The position numbers were made by a program, and so were the translations under genes. DNA of 63,364 bases, counting the filler, from Diploschistes diacapsis (taxonomy: Eukaryota), in the NCBI GenBank assembly GCA_023645945.1. It is 21 parts of 21 records of this genome, joined end to end, with 100 filler letters (N's around TTAATTAATTAA, not from the genome) between each part and the next. Parts side by side here need not be neighbours in the genome. Positions count along the whole stretch, not along the records: positions 47,685 to 49,561 come from JALAIB010002540.1; positions 49,662 to 51,536 come from JALAIB010002541.1; positions 51,637 to 53,510 come from JALAIB010002542.1; positions 53,611 to 55,483 come from JALAIB010002543.1; positions 55,584 to 57,456 come from JALAIB010002544.1; positions 57,557 to 59,427 come from JALAIB010002545.1; positions 59,528 to 61,396 come from JALAIB010002546.1; positions 61,497 to 63,364 come from JALAIB010002547.1; 13 more parts are not named here. One strand, given 5' to 3'. Under the pieces are notes generated by a model, which saw only the letters and a list, made by a program, of their open reading frames with translations, was not told the DNA's origin and ran no database searches. The first letter of the stretch is position 1, and every line of letters starts with the position of its first letter. Shown here piece by piece: positions 48,829 to 62,319 of this stretch.

Positions 48829-49472
48829 TAAAACGCCTTTATAGGAATAGATGTTACATTATCGGGGGCTGAGCCTGATCCGGAAGGATTACGTGTAACT
48901 GAACATCTGTAGGCTGAATGGTTCAGATTAGGCTGGCCGTCACTGACACTGACACTGCCGGTGTCAGTGACACGGGCACCGTAGTATCAATATCAGTATT
49001 TTAGATTTTTTTGCTACGGTGTCCGTGTCCGGGGATTCACGGAAATATAGTGTCCGTATTAATGTTCATGTTTTAAATTTTTTAATTACGATATCCGTAT
49101 TCGTGGTTTACGGAAATATAATATCCGTATTGATATCCGTGTTTTAAAATTTTTAATTACGATATCCGTGTTCGTGTATTTACGGAAATATTATGTTCGT
49201 GTTAATATTCGTATTTTAAATTTTTTAATTACGGTGTCCGTGTTTTAAACATTTTAGTTACGGTGTCTATGTTAGTGTCCGTGTTTTAAAATTTTTGTTA
49301 CGGTGTCCGTGTTAGTGTCCCTGGCACGAAACGGCCAGCCTAGTTCAGATTCGAAAAGGTAAGGAAGAAACTATCTAGATGGAAGGAGGGTACAAATAAA
49401 TAGTCTGGGTGCCAGCCCTACCAGCCCTACCAGGGTTCAACCCTTGAGCCCACAAATGTTCAGGATGTTCCA
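48829..49472 (-). mobile_element. LTR family A split by a MITE insertion
   Basis: Both flanks of the MITE match the reverse complement of 818-1032. Confidence 0.8.
48929..49342 (-). mobile_element. Complete hAT-like MITE, 414 bp, 8-bp TSD GTTCAGAT
   Basis: 12-bp TIRs TAGGCTGGCCGT; TSD at 48921-48928 and 49343-49350. Confidence 0.92.
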
Positions 49473-49661
49473 ATTATAATCATTTATAATTAATAAACGA
49501 CGTGTTTCGGGTCGATTCGGTCTAATTAAATATTTAAAAATACGTATAAACTATTAATAACNNNNNNNNNNNNNNNNNNNNNNNNNNNNNNNNNNNNNNN
49601 NNNNNTTAATTAATTAANNNNNNNNNNNNNNNNNNNNNNNNNNNNNNNNNNNNNNNNNNNN

Positions 49662-50855
49662 CGCTTACGCTCTGTTGGCCTGTAGACGGCAATCTCGTCG
49701 AAGTTCAGCTGCTGGGAGTATGGGCCCAGCTGGCTGCGGGGGGATCCGAAGAAGTATTCCCGCGTCTGACTCTCGCGTAGTCGCTGCAGGTACTCGGCGT
49801 CGCGGTCGACGCAGCCGCCGGATTTGTCCAGCTTGACCACCATCACGCCTTCGGCGCCTGCCGTTGTCGGCTTGGAGAAGCGGCGCGACAGGTCGTTGTA
49901 GAGTCTCTCGGAGCCTAGGATGAAGAGGACGTTGACTGCTGCCATTTAAGCAATCACACCATGTCTCGCTGGATTAGCTTCAGTACCTTGGAACTCAGCC
50001 ACGACGTGCTGTATTATATCGTAGTTGCCTTTCCCTTGGCTGATGCTTCCCGGAGTGTCGATGATGCAGCCCGTGTGTCTCGCATCTGCATCGTCTCGCA
50101 AGCGATTGTTGGTAGACAATGCCAGTCGCCTGGCCAGCGGCTTGAACAGATCGGGCTTCGTCTCTGCGTCTTCGAGACCGTAATAGTATACCAGCGGTAG
50201 CTTGACGGGGAGCTGGCTTGGCCCGTTGATCGGACTACTTCCCCATCCCTCGGAAACATCGATGATCGACTCGAAAGCGGCCGCGGATAGCGTGCCCGGA
50301 ACCGTGAGCATGCCCTCCTTCGGGTCGAGGTTCGCGACCACGGGCGTCCTCCCCGAGCGAATGGCATAGCCGGTCAGAAGCTTCACGAGCGAGGTCTTGC
50401 CGGCATTGTCGGGGCCCACGACGAGGACTCGCGGGCCGACGCCGTACGATTCCGCGGCGTTTTCGCGTAGGACTTCGAGAGCGAAGTGAGTGTTGGCGTA
50501 GCTGACCATTGGCGTCTCTTCGGCAACGTACTCCACCTGGCATGTGCCCTTCACCTCTAGCCGGCAGCCGTGCCATGTAAAGATGGCGGCTTTCTTCCCC
50601 TGGAAACTGTACGGCTCGTTCTGGTTCTGGGCGAGCTCCGTGCCGAACAACTCCGCAGTTCCGGACAACAACTGGAGTGGAATCAGGGAGACACTATGGA
50701 TAGAATCTATGATCACTGACCTTGACCTCGATCGTTTGATCAAAGGCAACTTCAAAGCGCCATTCAGTATTCGCTTTCAACTCATGGATGACTGACGTCT
50801 TTTCCTCCTGTAACGGGACGCTCAGGGCATCAAAGTTTAGACCCGGAAGGGCCAT
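49662..50855 (-). CDS. CLP1: mRNA cleavage/polyadenylation factor Clp1, multi-exon, 3' end lost in gap
   Basis: EWRFEV, GTAELFGTEL, IFTWHGC, GPDNAGKTS P-loop, KLDKSGGCVDRD. Confidence 0.95.
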
Positions 50856-51445
50856 GTTCACGATACTCAACGCATCAGCAGCTACAGCAAAGTAATGCAA
50901 TTTCTTGAAGTCCAACTCCCATCAGCCCAGACCCACCGACAGAAAAGGATGTTCAAATAGTACCGCTTTAGGCTAGACTGAGAACAGGGCAGCGACGGGT
51001 TACTTTATGCAAGTAATCAAATCCAAAATAAACAGAGTGATGAACAGCGAGTAATACCAGGAGAAACTGCTCAGTTATTTTTCATTCTACTCTGCTCAAT
51101 CCAGCTCGTGCTTTCTCTGGCACCGTCACGCCCCATCAGTAGAAACTTAAGGCGCGAATCGCATCGCCCCACGAATCTGGCCGAATATCATTCGTCATCA
51201 GCCGAGCCTCCAAACATATATGCAGGACCAGGCTGGCGCTCATCAACTCACTCAGCCGTCTCTCAACAACCTGAACGAACATCTGCAGCACTTTCGAAAA
51301 CCCATCAGCAACCATATTCATCTTTCCTAATCCGTTGTTTACATCTTCGCATCCAGCAGTACTGCGTCCCTTGGCCAGTACACCTTTCGGATCACAGCAC
51401 CTGCCTCGGCTGCCTGGCCACCCAAACACCCAAACACCCAAAACC

Positions 51446-51506
51446 ATGTCCACCTTCGCCGACATCTTCCTCGCTCTACTCGCCATCCTCTTCCCTCCCT
51501 TACCCG
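51446..51506 (+). CDS. First exon of a Pmp3/SNA-family proteolipid (rest lost in gap)
   Basis: MSTFADIFLALLAILFPPLP followed by donor GTAAG. Confidence 0.75.
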
Positions 51507-51636
51507 GTAAGGGCCCCTGTCCGCCCACCACCCAACNNNNNNNNNNNNNNNNNNNNNNNNNNNNNNNNNNNNNNNNNNNNTTAATTAATTAANNNNNNNN
51601 NNNNNNNNNNNNNNNNNNNNNNNNNNNNNNNNNNNN

Positions 51637-52284
51637 GGAACAAACAGTCTACGCCAATAAAAACTATAAACGGAAACGAATTTTTAAAATAAAATAATAT
51701 CGATCATTACGACGATTATATTTTTTTATAGAATTTAAAAACGTATTTAATTAAAAATAACGCTGAAAAAGGTTTAAAGAAACGAAAGTATTTATTATAA
51801 AAGAATAACGGGTATCCTTTTAAATAAATTAAAAAAAGAAATAAAGATTAAGATAAAGATTAATTAAAAAAAATATCGCGTTTATAAGAAATATAAATAT
51901 CTAAAAAAAAAAATAATAAAATAGCCCAGTTTAAGGGCCTATTAAACTAAACTTGCCAAGCCACGGCAGAATTAATGCCCAAATATTTACTAAGCCACGG
52001 CAGAGTTAGTGCTCAAATGCTTGTCAAGTCACGGCAGGGTTAATGCCCAGGTGCTTGTTAAGACACGGCAGGGTTAGAAGGTGGTTGTATAAATGAGTAA
52101 TTCTCGAATCCCGGTAGGTTTAGTATCCATATTACTTAACGGTACCTTCCTCTTATTTAGATAGTTTTTTCTTCAACTTTTCGAATCGAGACCTTTTACC
52201 TGCAGATGCTTAAGCTACATCTAATCCTTCCGGATCAGGTCTAGCCCCCGGTAGAGTAGCATCCTTTCCTGCGCTGGCTTTTCA
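51637..52284 (+). mobile_element. Gypsy 3' region and long family A LTR
   Basis: Collinear with 54170-54772. Confidence 0.78.
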
Positions 52285-52711
52285 CTATTATAATTAAAAT
52301 TTTTAAAATATTAATACTAATACGGATACTACATTTCCGTGAATTTATCGAAATACTACGATAAATCCACCGAAACACCGCGATGAAATTTTTTTAAAAA
52401 AATAAAAACGTAAGAAATAAACGTAATAATTTTAGAATTATTAAAATTAAAAAAATATTTTAAAATATTTCGATAAGTACACTGACACGAATACCGTAAT
52501 AAAAATTTTCTCGATACGAATACTAGCACGGATATTATATTATAATAAAAGCACGGACACGGATACTACAATTAAAAATTTTAAAATATTAATATTAATA
52601 CGAATACTACACTTCCGTAAATCCACGGACACGGACACCGCAGCTAAAAAATCTAAAACACGGACACTGACACTATCAGTATCCGTGTCAGTGTCAGTAA
52701 CGGCCAGCCTA
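52285..52711 (+). mobile_element. hAT-like MITE, right part
   Basis: Ends ACGGCCAGCCTA. Confidence 0.75.
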
Positions 52712-53027
52712 ATCCATCGTATTAATATCTTTTTTTTTAAATCTAAACGAATTTAAATCGTTTCGCGGTTATTAGAACGAGATTAAAGTTTATCAAATCG
52801 ATCTATAATGATCAATCGAGATATTTTAAATACGCGAATAATTTCTCGAATGTTAATATATTATTATAATTTTAGAACCTATAAATAGTCGTTGATTTTA
52901 AATTTTATTAAAATCCAATTATTATTATACGAGGTAGTCATTGTTGAAACAGATCGAATATAAGATAAAAATAGTGATTTGAAGTGGCCGGAATCTGGGG
53001 GTGGCCGGAATCCCCGTGAAACACGTT
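52712..53027. mobile_element. Fot1/pogo-like (Tc1/mariner) terminus; related TIRs near 54961-55004, 55168-55215, 59392-59427, 59950-59996
   Basis: TA+ACGTGTTT termini with doubled CCGGCCACC internal repeats. Confidence 0.65.
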
Positions 53028-53029
53028 AA

Positions 53030-53510
53030 TTAAGATAGAATTAAAAGTTTAAACGCTTTATAAATACACGTTATAATAATAAACGATCGACTATTTAATC
53101 GAAATTAGAAACGTCGCTTTAAACGAAAAGATATTATAGGTTTAAGACCCCGATACCGTACTAATTATTTGAAAAATATATAAAATATAAGATATATAAA
53201 TAACGACGTTATAAATATCGATGTCTTAATTAACAAATCCCGTTCTAATTAGAAGAAAGAGGTTAAGAAATTCAACGAAGGACCTTTAATTAAAAGAAAG
53301 AAATGTTTTAAATGTGACAAGATTAGCCATTTCGTTCGAGATTATAGAAGTAAGAATACGGTTTATAAAGAAGACATTTTCGCCGCGATTATTCTATAAT
53401 TCAACGTAATTACGTTTAATTTTATAGAAAACTATTTAATAGACGGATAGTTCTAAAAAGAAGTTATAATTAAATCGGATAACATAGCTTAATAAAACGA
53501 CACCGACGAA
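53030..53510 (+). mobile_element. Gypsy gag remnant with zinc knuckle
   Basis: KCFKCDKISHFVRDY (RIP-altered CX2CX4HX4C). Confidence 0.7.
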
Positions 53511-53610
53511 NNNNNNNNNNNNNNNNNNNNNNNNNNNNNNNNNNNNNNNNNNNNTTAATTAATTAANNNNNNNNNNNNNNNNNNNNNNNNNNNNNNNNNN
53601 NNNNNNNNNN

Positions 53611-54772
53611 GAAATTATATAAAACAATTAAAACTTCGTTAAAAGACATATAACATTATGTAACAGCGATAAAAGCGATACGCGGACGAATATTAACGCC
53701 CTATTAAAAAGATTAACCCCAACGATTCGGTTTGATTGAATATACGAAATATTAAAATCATCCGAACCTACAAGAAATTAAATAATAAATAAAACGGCTT
53801 TTCTAATATTTTACGAAAAATAAACGATATAAACTTTAAATTAGATTTATTAACGTCGATAAAGTAATTTAAAAACCTTTTATTCGTCTTTACTTTTAAA
53901 AGACCCGCAAGACCCTTTAAAAAAACAGACGCATCCTAGATCATCCTCGATAAAAACAGAGGCCGAAAAAGAATAAGAAATTAAAAAAATCTTCGACGCT
54001 AAAAGAAACCCCGGGCGAAGAATGAACGTTCAATATAGAATACATTAGGTAAAATAGCCGACCGACGATAATTAATATCCCGTCGTTAACTTCAAAAATA
54101 CTTTCGAGATCTTACGAGAGTTTCATTAATTAAATCCCGAAAAAATAAAATTTTCGTGATTAATAATACCCGCGAATAAACAACTTACGTTAACAAAAAT
54201 TATAAACGGGAACGAACATTTAAAAAGAGACGGTATCGATTATCACGATAACCACGTTCTTTTATAAAATCTAAAAGCGTATTTAATTAAAAACGACGCT
54301 AAAAAGGGTTTGAAAAAACAGAAACATTTATTACGAAAGAATAACGGGTATCCTTTTAAATAAATAAAAAAAAAGGATAAAGATCGAAATAAAGATTGAC
54401 TAAAAAGAATATCGCGTTTATAAGAGACACAAGCATCTAGAAAAGGGGGTAATGAGACAGCCCAATTTAGGAATTTATTAAGACACGGCAGGGTCAATGC
54501 CCAGGTGCTTGCCAAGACACGACAGGATTAATGCCCGAATGCTTGCCAAGACACAGCAGGATTAGGGAATGATTGTGTAAATAGGTAATCTCCGAACCCC
54601 GATAGGCCTAGCATTTACATTATTTAACTGTACTTTCCTCCCATCTAGATAGTTTCTTCTTTAGCTTTTCGAATCGAGACCTTTTACCTGCAGATGCCCA
54701 AGCTACATCTAATCCTTCCGGATCAGGCCCAGGCCCCGGTAGAGTAGCATCCTTTCCTGCGCTGGCGTTTCA
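53611..54772 (+). mobile_element. Gypsy integrase/chromodomain end, PPT and 3' LTR (54453-54772)
   Basis: Degenerate chromodomain, PPT AAAAGGGGGTAA, TGAGACAG...GTTTCA. Confidence 0.8.
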
Positions 54773-55984
54773 GATAAAATAATACGTGTTTTCGAGTTAT
54801 TATTTTAATTTCGCTTTAAAAAAATAACTGCTGAAATAACCAATGTCTACTTCTCGGGAATGATAGATGATTGACCTAATAGTAATATTTCGAAAAAAAA
54901 TCAAACATAAGGATTAAATTCGAAGAGTTATTAAAGATTTAATATATTTCTTGGCAAAAGTGGCCGAGATGGGGGGGTGGCCCAGATGACCGTCAAACAC
55001 GTTATTATTAATTTACTGGAATATTTAATTCGGTTAACGTTTTAAACTCTTGTCACTAGTGCGAAAATAAAATAAACTTTTCGAATATAAAACGCTCGCG
55101 TCAAAAAGGATATTATATTATCGAGAACTAGACCTATTCCGGAAAGATTACGTATAACTAATATTTATAACGTGTTTCACGGGGATTCCGGCCACCCCTA
55201 GATACCGGCTATCTTAAATCACTACCGCCAACATTCTACGGTTTTTAGATATAATTTGTTCGTCGTAATTAAAATCTAATCGATCTGAATCGAATTTTTT
55301 TTTATCCTTCTCGATTTTAGAAACGCGATGACGTTTTTTGCGCGTTGTAGGTCGTTTCGAAATTGTTCGATTCGATTTAGTTCAAATTATTATTTAAGCT
55401 TCTTACGGTCTCCGTTATATTTATTAAATCTGTAAATTTTTATTTTAAAAACGTTTTTACTGACCTTATCGTTACTTCCGGGGNNNNNNNNNNNNNNNNN
55501 NNNNNNNNNNNNNNNNNNNNNNNNNNNTTAATTAATTAANNNNNNNNNNNNNNNNNNNNNNNNNNNNNNNNNNNNNNNNNNNNATTTTATATATATAAAA
55601 GTTAAAAATAAAGAATTACGAATTTATATAGAAATATATATTCGAAACCGTGGCAACACGTAACGCTTTATAGATTATTAAACGAACGTTATCGTTAATA
55701 ATTAAGATTTTAGGATATATTAAGAAACTTATTTTCGATTTAGTAAATATGGTTATTTACGAAGTTATCCTCGGAAATCCTTGATTGAATATTTATAATT
55801 TAATGATTAATTTTAAGATACGGATTTTTAAGTTAGACGGATGTATATATATTAATATATCCCGTTTACGCGTAATTATAACGATTACGATAAATAAATA
55901 AAAAATATTATGCGATACTTCCCGAACCGGAATTAAAGAAAACCTTAATCAATAAATTTAATTACGAGAAATAAAGACTCGTAT

Positions 55985-57456
55985 TATAAACGCAAGGCGC
56001 GCTGTCTAGGGAGACTTCCCTTGCTGTAGTAGGTAGATAGTCGTAGGTGGTGTAGTAGGGGAATGTAGTGTGATTTCGTAGTCAACAGCATACCTAGGTA
56101 GGACATTTTTGAGGTGTAGGATGCATTGATTGTCTAGAGCTACCTAGCAGGCCTCCTTAAATGGAGCTGCCCTGTGGGGACCACCTTTATTAAGTTTACG
56201 GCCTATTTTTATGTTTATATACGACCCCCTTTTCAATAATTCGTTATCTCATAACGAATTTTATATAAGTCTTATGAGTAAGAAATCTCTATCCCGTTAT
56301 CTCTATATCCTAATATAATCCTATACCTCTCCGGTAATTAAAATATTTAGAAGCTTATTATCCTTAATGCTCCTTTTTCGACGTAGCCGTATTGTTAGAT
56401 CTATCTTTTTGTATTTCACTGTCTCAAATACAACTAGATAAAAGAACGGTACCTATCTAAAAACATCTTTATTTCCGATCGTATTCATATTATCCGTAAA
56501 TACTCCGCCCGATAAATATAATTAGTAACACGTTCTCCCCTTTTTTCTCTTTTATTTCCTCTTTCGTCACTTCTTTCGAACGGGTAACAGCAAACAAACA
56601 AATCGATATATAAATAATAAACAAATAAGAAAACATTAAGCAAAAAGGTCGATCATATAAAAAATCGCAAGTAAAGAAGTATTAAGTAAGTAGGCAGGAA
56701 AATAAGTTTATTACGAAACCAATAAACAACCGAACAGCCATATAAATAAATAAACTTTATTTTATTATAATTATAGATCTCTAGGGTCTTATAATATCCT
56801 TTTTTTTCTATCATACCACCTACTTATTCCCGCTTTTTTCCTTCTCTTCCCCCTTCTCTTCTTCTTTTTTTTTTCCTTCTCCTCATCCTCGTCCCCTTCC
56901 TCCTTTTCGTCCGGAGGAGGCGCAAATTTCTTTATTTTTTAGTAATTTATCTCTTCTTTTGTTATCGTGTCGAAGAAGCTTTTTTTATAAGGTTATAAAG
57001 CCCCTGTTCCGCTAACCGAATGGTAAAAAAGTGTTGTTTTAATACTAAGATTACCTTTACGATCCATTCCCGTAAATAAATATTTTTAATTTCTAGCCGG
57101 AAAATCTTTATTTATTCTTTTATAATTATCGGATCCGTTTATCTTCTTTTTCCTATCAACGCGTCCGAGATTGTTCTAAATTCGGTAACCTGAATCGCTG
57201 TTTTAAAGAAGTACGATACGCTTTTATGTATGTTATAAAATCCGGACGGCGACGAGAATCTAGATATAAGATCTTTATACGCAGTAGATAGTTATCTCCA
57301 CGTACCAACACCGGCAATGTTTAAAATTTAGTAATTTATTTATATTTTTACGTATTAGAATAGTATTGTCTTACGAATATGTTTAACAGATATAATTCCG
57401 TAAAATAGTTTAGGTTTTGATATACGCACATCTCTCTTTAAGTAAAGTTACGTTAT
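55985..57456 (+). mobile_element. Unclassified repeat (copy of 39772-40838) abutting a Gypsy protease-like remnant
   Basis: About 1 kb of inverted similarity with transitions; upstream ILGNP*L motif. Confidence 0.55.
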
Positions 57457-57808
57457 NNNNNNNNNNNNNNNNNNNNNNNNNNNNNNNNNNNNNNNNNNNN
57501 TTAATTAATTAANNNNNNNNNNNNNNNNNNNNNNNNNNNNNNNNNNNNNNNNNNNNGTCCGTGTCCGTGGATTCACGGAAATGCAGTGTCCGTGTCTGTG
57601 TCCGTGTTTTAAAATTTTTTGCTGCGGTGTCCGTGTCCGTGTCGAAAATTTTTTTACTGTAGTGTCCGTGTCCGTGCATTCACCGAAACACTTTTAAATA
57701 ACTTTTTTATTTTAATATTTCTGGAATTATCACGCTTATTTCTTACGCTTTTATTTTTTTAAATAAATGTTAAGTGTCTATAGCTCGTCCGTCGATATTC
57801 GTCTTAAT

Positions 57809-58053
57809 TAGGCTGGCCGTCACTGACACTGACAGTGTCAGTGTCCGTGTTTTAGATTTTTTAGCTGCGGTGTCCGTATCCGTGTTTTCACTACAGTGCA
57901 GTGTCCGTGTCAGTGTCCGTGTTTTAAAATTTTTTACTGCGGTGTCCGTGTCCGTGCTTTCACCGCAGTACAGTGTCCGTGTCAGTGTCCGTGCTGAGAA
58001 AATTTTTGCTGCAGTGTCCGTGTCAGTGTCCGTGGCACGAAACGGCCAGCCTA
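57809..58053 (-). mobile_element. Complete hAT-like MITE, 245 bp, 8-bp TSD GTCTTAAT
   Basis: Perfect 12-bp TIRs; TSD at 57801-57808 and 58054-58061; another partial copy at 57557-57770. Confidence 0.92.
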
Positions 58054-58061
58054 GTCTTAAT

Positions 58062-59390
58062 AATTCGGATCGAGATAGCACGGCTTTTTTCTTTAATTCG
58101 ATCTTATAATCCTATTAATATCGATACGGAGATAGCTCGTTAACTCTTTCGTAACTAAATACGTCTAAATACTCGTAATAGTCCTTAAATATTAAATCGC
58201 GAAAGTTTTTTGTTATTATTTCTTATCGTTTTTTCTTTTTTAATTATTAATCGATCTCTTTTATCGAGATAATAAATATTTTTATCCCGGTTTGTCGGTT
58301 GACGAAATCGAAGATTATCGTATTAAATCGCGAAGATTCTATTAGAATTATTATTCGTGTAAGCTCGTTTATCGGTCTTACGAGGGGCGAATAAGCAAAT
58401 TAAATCCTTTATATTAATTTTATTACTACTATCTACTATACCACGCGGTAAGATCTTGGTAATTAAAGGTCTACCGGTTCTAATTATTTCGGAATTTAGT
58501 CGAAGGACAGTTAAGGCTTTTTCGACTGTTTTTCGTTTTTTGATAAGGGATAACCCTAGATGGTTATAGTAGTTCGGTTTAAAGGTCACTTCGGAGGTAG
58601 TACAGTTTATTACCGCGTTATATAGGTACAGTCACTTTTTTTTAATAATTATGCGGTGTTTCCCGATCTTAGATAAGATATAAAAGAGAATTATATTACT
58701 AGAATAATTCCCTAAATACAACGATAGATAAAGAACATAAATAATAAGTTTTTAAGGCTTATCGTTAACATAAATGTTATTTATCTTTTTAAATAATTTA
58801 ACCGAGATAAGATTAAATCGTTCCGCGAATTATTCGATAAATTTTTTGTCGATAAAGCATATTCCGTTAATCCCCGTATCGATCAATATTGGGGTACGGA
58901 AGCTTCTATATCTTCTATTTAATACTATATCTGACGTAAGGGCAGGCGCCGTTAAGAACTTTTTTTTTAAAGCTTTTATGATCGTTTAATTATACTACTA
59001 AGGCGATTCGTCGTCGTCATCGCTTATTTATTCGTTAGATCCTTTATCCAGGGCTTATATAAAGGCTATTTTTTTCCCGATTTAGGTTCTCGCTCGGGGC
59101 AGTTATTAGCGAAATATCCCTTCTTATAATAATTATAATAGGTTTCGTTATTAATCTATTTCTTAATAAATATGGTCGGTTTCTCGCTGGTTACTTCAGC
59201 TAAAATCTTAATCTCTTTCTTATTACGATCCTTAAAGGTCTTTCGAGAACGAAAAATATACGAATTATTATTTCGGATATTGATCGCGAAAATAACCGTC
59301 TTAATACGATTCTTTACTTTTAAATAATGGTCGAATAAATATAATTTATTTTTTATCTCCCGTATCGTCTCGGGGTTTTTATTTAAAAAA
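58062..59390 (-). mobile_element. RIP-degenerate Gypsy gag/protease region
   Basis: LIDTGINGICFID protease motif. Confidence 0.7.
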
Positions 59391-60542
59391 ATAACGTGTT
59401 TGACGGTGAGTCCGGCCACCTTAAATCNNNNNNNNNNNNNNNNNNNNNNNNNNNNNNNNNNNNNNNNNNNNTTAATTAATTAANNNNNNNNNNNNNNNNN
59501 NNNNNNNNNNNNNNNNNNNNNNNNNNNGATTAATAAAGAATTTAATTAAGTATTACGAGTCGTTTTAGAATTAATTAATTCGATTCGACGTTATTCGAAT
59601 CGAATAACCCGTATGTTTAAATCGACGTATATTAAGTTTATAACGTTTTATAAAGAAAACCGAAAGTAAAAAGCGTTTTTTAATAATTATAAAAAACGTA
59701 AATTAAATAAACGAATCGAATTAAAAGGTCGTTTTATATTTAATATAAACGAAGTTTTTAAAATAATAGCTCGGGTTAAATCGAGTCGGATAATTTTAAA
59801 ACGACTTATAACGCGTAAAAAACGTCGTCGTATTTTTGAAATCGAGGAAGATAAAAATGAAGAAAATAGATTCGATTTAGATCGATTAGATTCTAATTGC
59901 GACGAATAGGTTGTATTTAAAACCGTAGAATGTTGGCGGTAGTGATTTGAGGTGGCCGGACTCTGGGGGTGGCCGGACTCACCGTCAAACACGTTACTCG
60001 AGATCAATTTATATTCGTTACTTTCTATTATTAAAAAGTAATCTTTTTAAAAATCAGTATAGATTTATAACCGATCTATTTCTTCTCCTTCCATACTCCT
60101 CTTCTACTAGAGACCAAACCCACCTTGATCAATACCTCGTGTCTACGTTGTAGAGATAGAGATCATAACATTTATTTAAGATAATGAATGTTCTGTTTTT
60201 TAAAACCGTAATGATTATAGAAGACTTCGGTGACCGTATAGTGGGAGATGATTTTTTATTAAAAACATTCTGGTCACTAAAGGTCCCTAAGGTCCAGTAC
60301 TGCTCTTGTATTCTTAGTTCTTTTTATCCTACTTTTCCACTATCTTTTCTCCTAACAGGAGTACTTCTTACTTCCGCTGAGGTTGAAGCTTGAAGCGTCG
60401 TAATAAGGAGTTGTTTAGACGACATGTTTAGATCGATAGGTATAATCGAGTAATTAAATATATCTAGATTAGTAGTTCTTAGGTCAATAATATCTGCTTT
60501 TACTTTCCTACTGACCAGATTCGCTTGTTCAACTATCAAGGT

Positions 60543-61396
60543 TGTTGAGCAGACAGGCAGAAGGCATGGCTGGGAATACAACTGAGTTCCAGAAGGAGGT
60601 TCATTTCAGCTGAACCTCCTAGAATTCCAACTAAACCGAATAAGGAATAGTGTAAATAATAGGATTTAACGTATCCCATAAGAATAAAAGTTTATAAAAT
60701 AGGATAACTTCCTAAATAAGATTTTTAAACTTCAAAATATCTATTACGTTAATAAATAGATTATGAGCCCGGATTAATATTTACTTTATTACGTTTAATC
60801 GTTTATTAAAATTACGTCTCCCGATAATTATTACGGTTACGAACGCGGGCACCGATTACGTTACCTAACGCAGGTTAAATCGAAGAGATCCAAAAAAAAA
60901 AACCCAGGATCTGAATCATAAGACCCCAAGGTAAGCTAATTCAAAGATAGAAGTTATACTACTTTAAAAGAACGCGGGACTTTAATACGCTGGCCTAGAA
61001 TAGGTCTAAATAAGAAATAATTGGATCTAGATATCATCTATATAGGCCAACGAAAAACAACCTTCTTCTCTTTCTCGCCAATATCGAAGTTTAGTTAAAC
61101 CACGCTGAACCCTTCGATTACCTTTATTTTTATTATAGAAAATTACCTTCTATATTATTTATTAATCACTTACTAACTATAAGTTATTTATTCAATAAAT
61201 CTTCTTTATTTACGAAAAAATAGCAACAAGATAGACGACATCTTATTTAAAAAGCGGGTTGCTCCCATCCTAAAAAAAAAGAATTAATAGTAATAATTCG
61301 AACTTACACGTATATATCTTGAAAATAAAGAGATAAACTACGTCCTTAATAATCAGCTACTATCGCTTACTACAGTTACCCTAGATAATTCTATAT
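60543..61396 (+). mobile_element. Copia family C 5' LTR, PBS and degenerate gag
   Basis: LTR followed by GATTATGAGCCCGG at about 60759; internal part matches 28976-29290. Confidence 0.8.
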
Positions 61397-61496
61397 NNNN
61401 NNNNNNNNNNNNNNNNNNNNNNNNNNNNNNNNNNNNNNNNTTAATTAATTAANNNNNNNNNNNNNNNNNNNNNNNNNNNNNNNNNNNNNNNNNNNN

Positions 61497-62319
61497 CGGG
61501 AGGCTTGTCGGAAATGTCGGGCCGGGGGATGTGGTTGAGGAGGCCAAGGGCTTGCCGCTCGGCCGAAGTGGTGCGGAACATGCTGGACATTGTTGATGTC
61601 AGGGATTTGGGACTCGTGGGGCGGCCGTTGCGCTCCGAGGGGGAGATGCGCGAGTTTAGACGGCTGGTGGGTCGCACGGGCGCTTGGCCTTGGCCGAGCG
61701 CGCTGTTCCAGGGCTCGGAGGGGGCGCGGCTAGGTGCAGGATCCACGTTCTTCAGGGTTGAGGTTGGGTACTTGGCCGGGCTATGGACATACCCGTAACC
61801 GCCAGCATGATGGGAAGACTGCGGCGTGCCGTCCACTGAAACGGCAGAGTGAAGATTATCTTGCCAACGCATGAGTATTGGGAGGCTCCCGCAGGGTCAT
61901 GATGGCCACTTACCTCCCGGCCCGTTGACTCCAAGTATCGGCTGTATGAGCTCCAGAACGGTGGCTAGCCGTCTCTTGATCTCGGTATTCTCCTCTTCCA
62001 CCAGCTTCTTCTGGTGCAAGACATGCTGTAGCTCCTGGTAGGGCTGTTTAGATTCCAACTCTTTTATCGTTTTCTCTAGGGTTTCGATCTGGTTCTTGGT
62101 CCGTTCGCGTATCGCTCGCTGGGCTTCTCGGTCGTTGGCACGTTTCTTAGCCAGCTGTTCCGGCGTGAGGTTTGCGACGCCACGAGAGCTGACGCCGGCC
62201 TTGCGCTTCCTCTCGCCGGAAGGTGCAGGTCTGTAGTTCGCGGTGGAAGCATTCGAGGAGGGCGAGTGGGGATCGGTGGGACCTGTTGCATCATACGAAT
62301 GCCTCGAGTTTGCAGCCAT
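61497..62319 (-). CDS. bZIP transcription factor, 5' part (2 exons), truncated by gap
   Basis: GVANLTPEQLAKKRANDREAQRAIRERTK plus zipper; GTAAGT intron at about 61912. Confidence 0.9.

Noticed and set aside
57770..58109. ORFs with TDTDT/VSVSV repeats (also 1267-1602, 42209-42400)
   Set aside because: Translations of the MITE internal repeats.
43682..61872. ORFs running into X stretches, and gene neighbourhoods across linkers
   Set aside because: Artefacts of N runs and concatenation of unrelated contigs.
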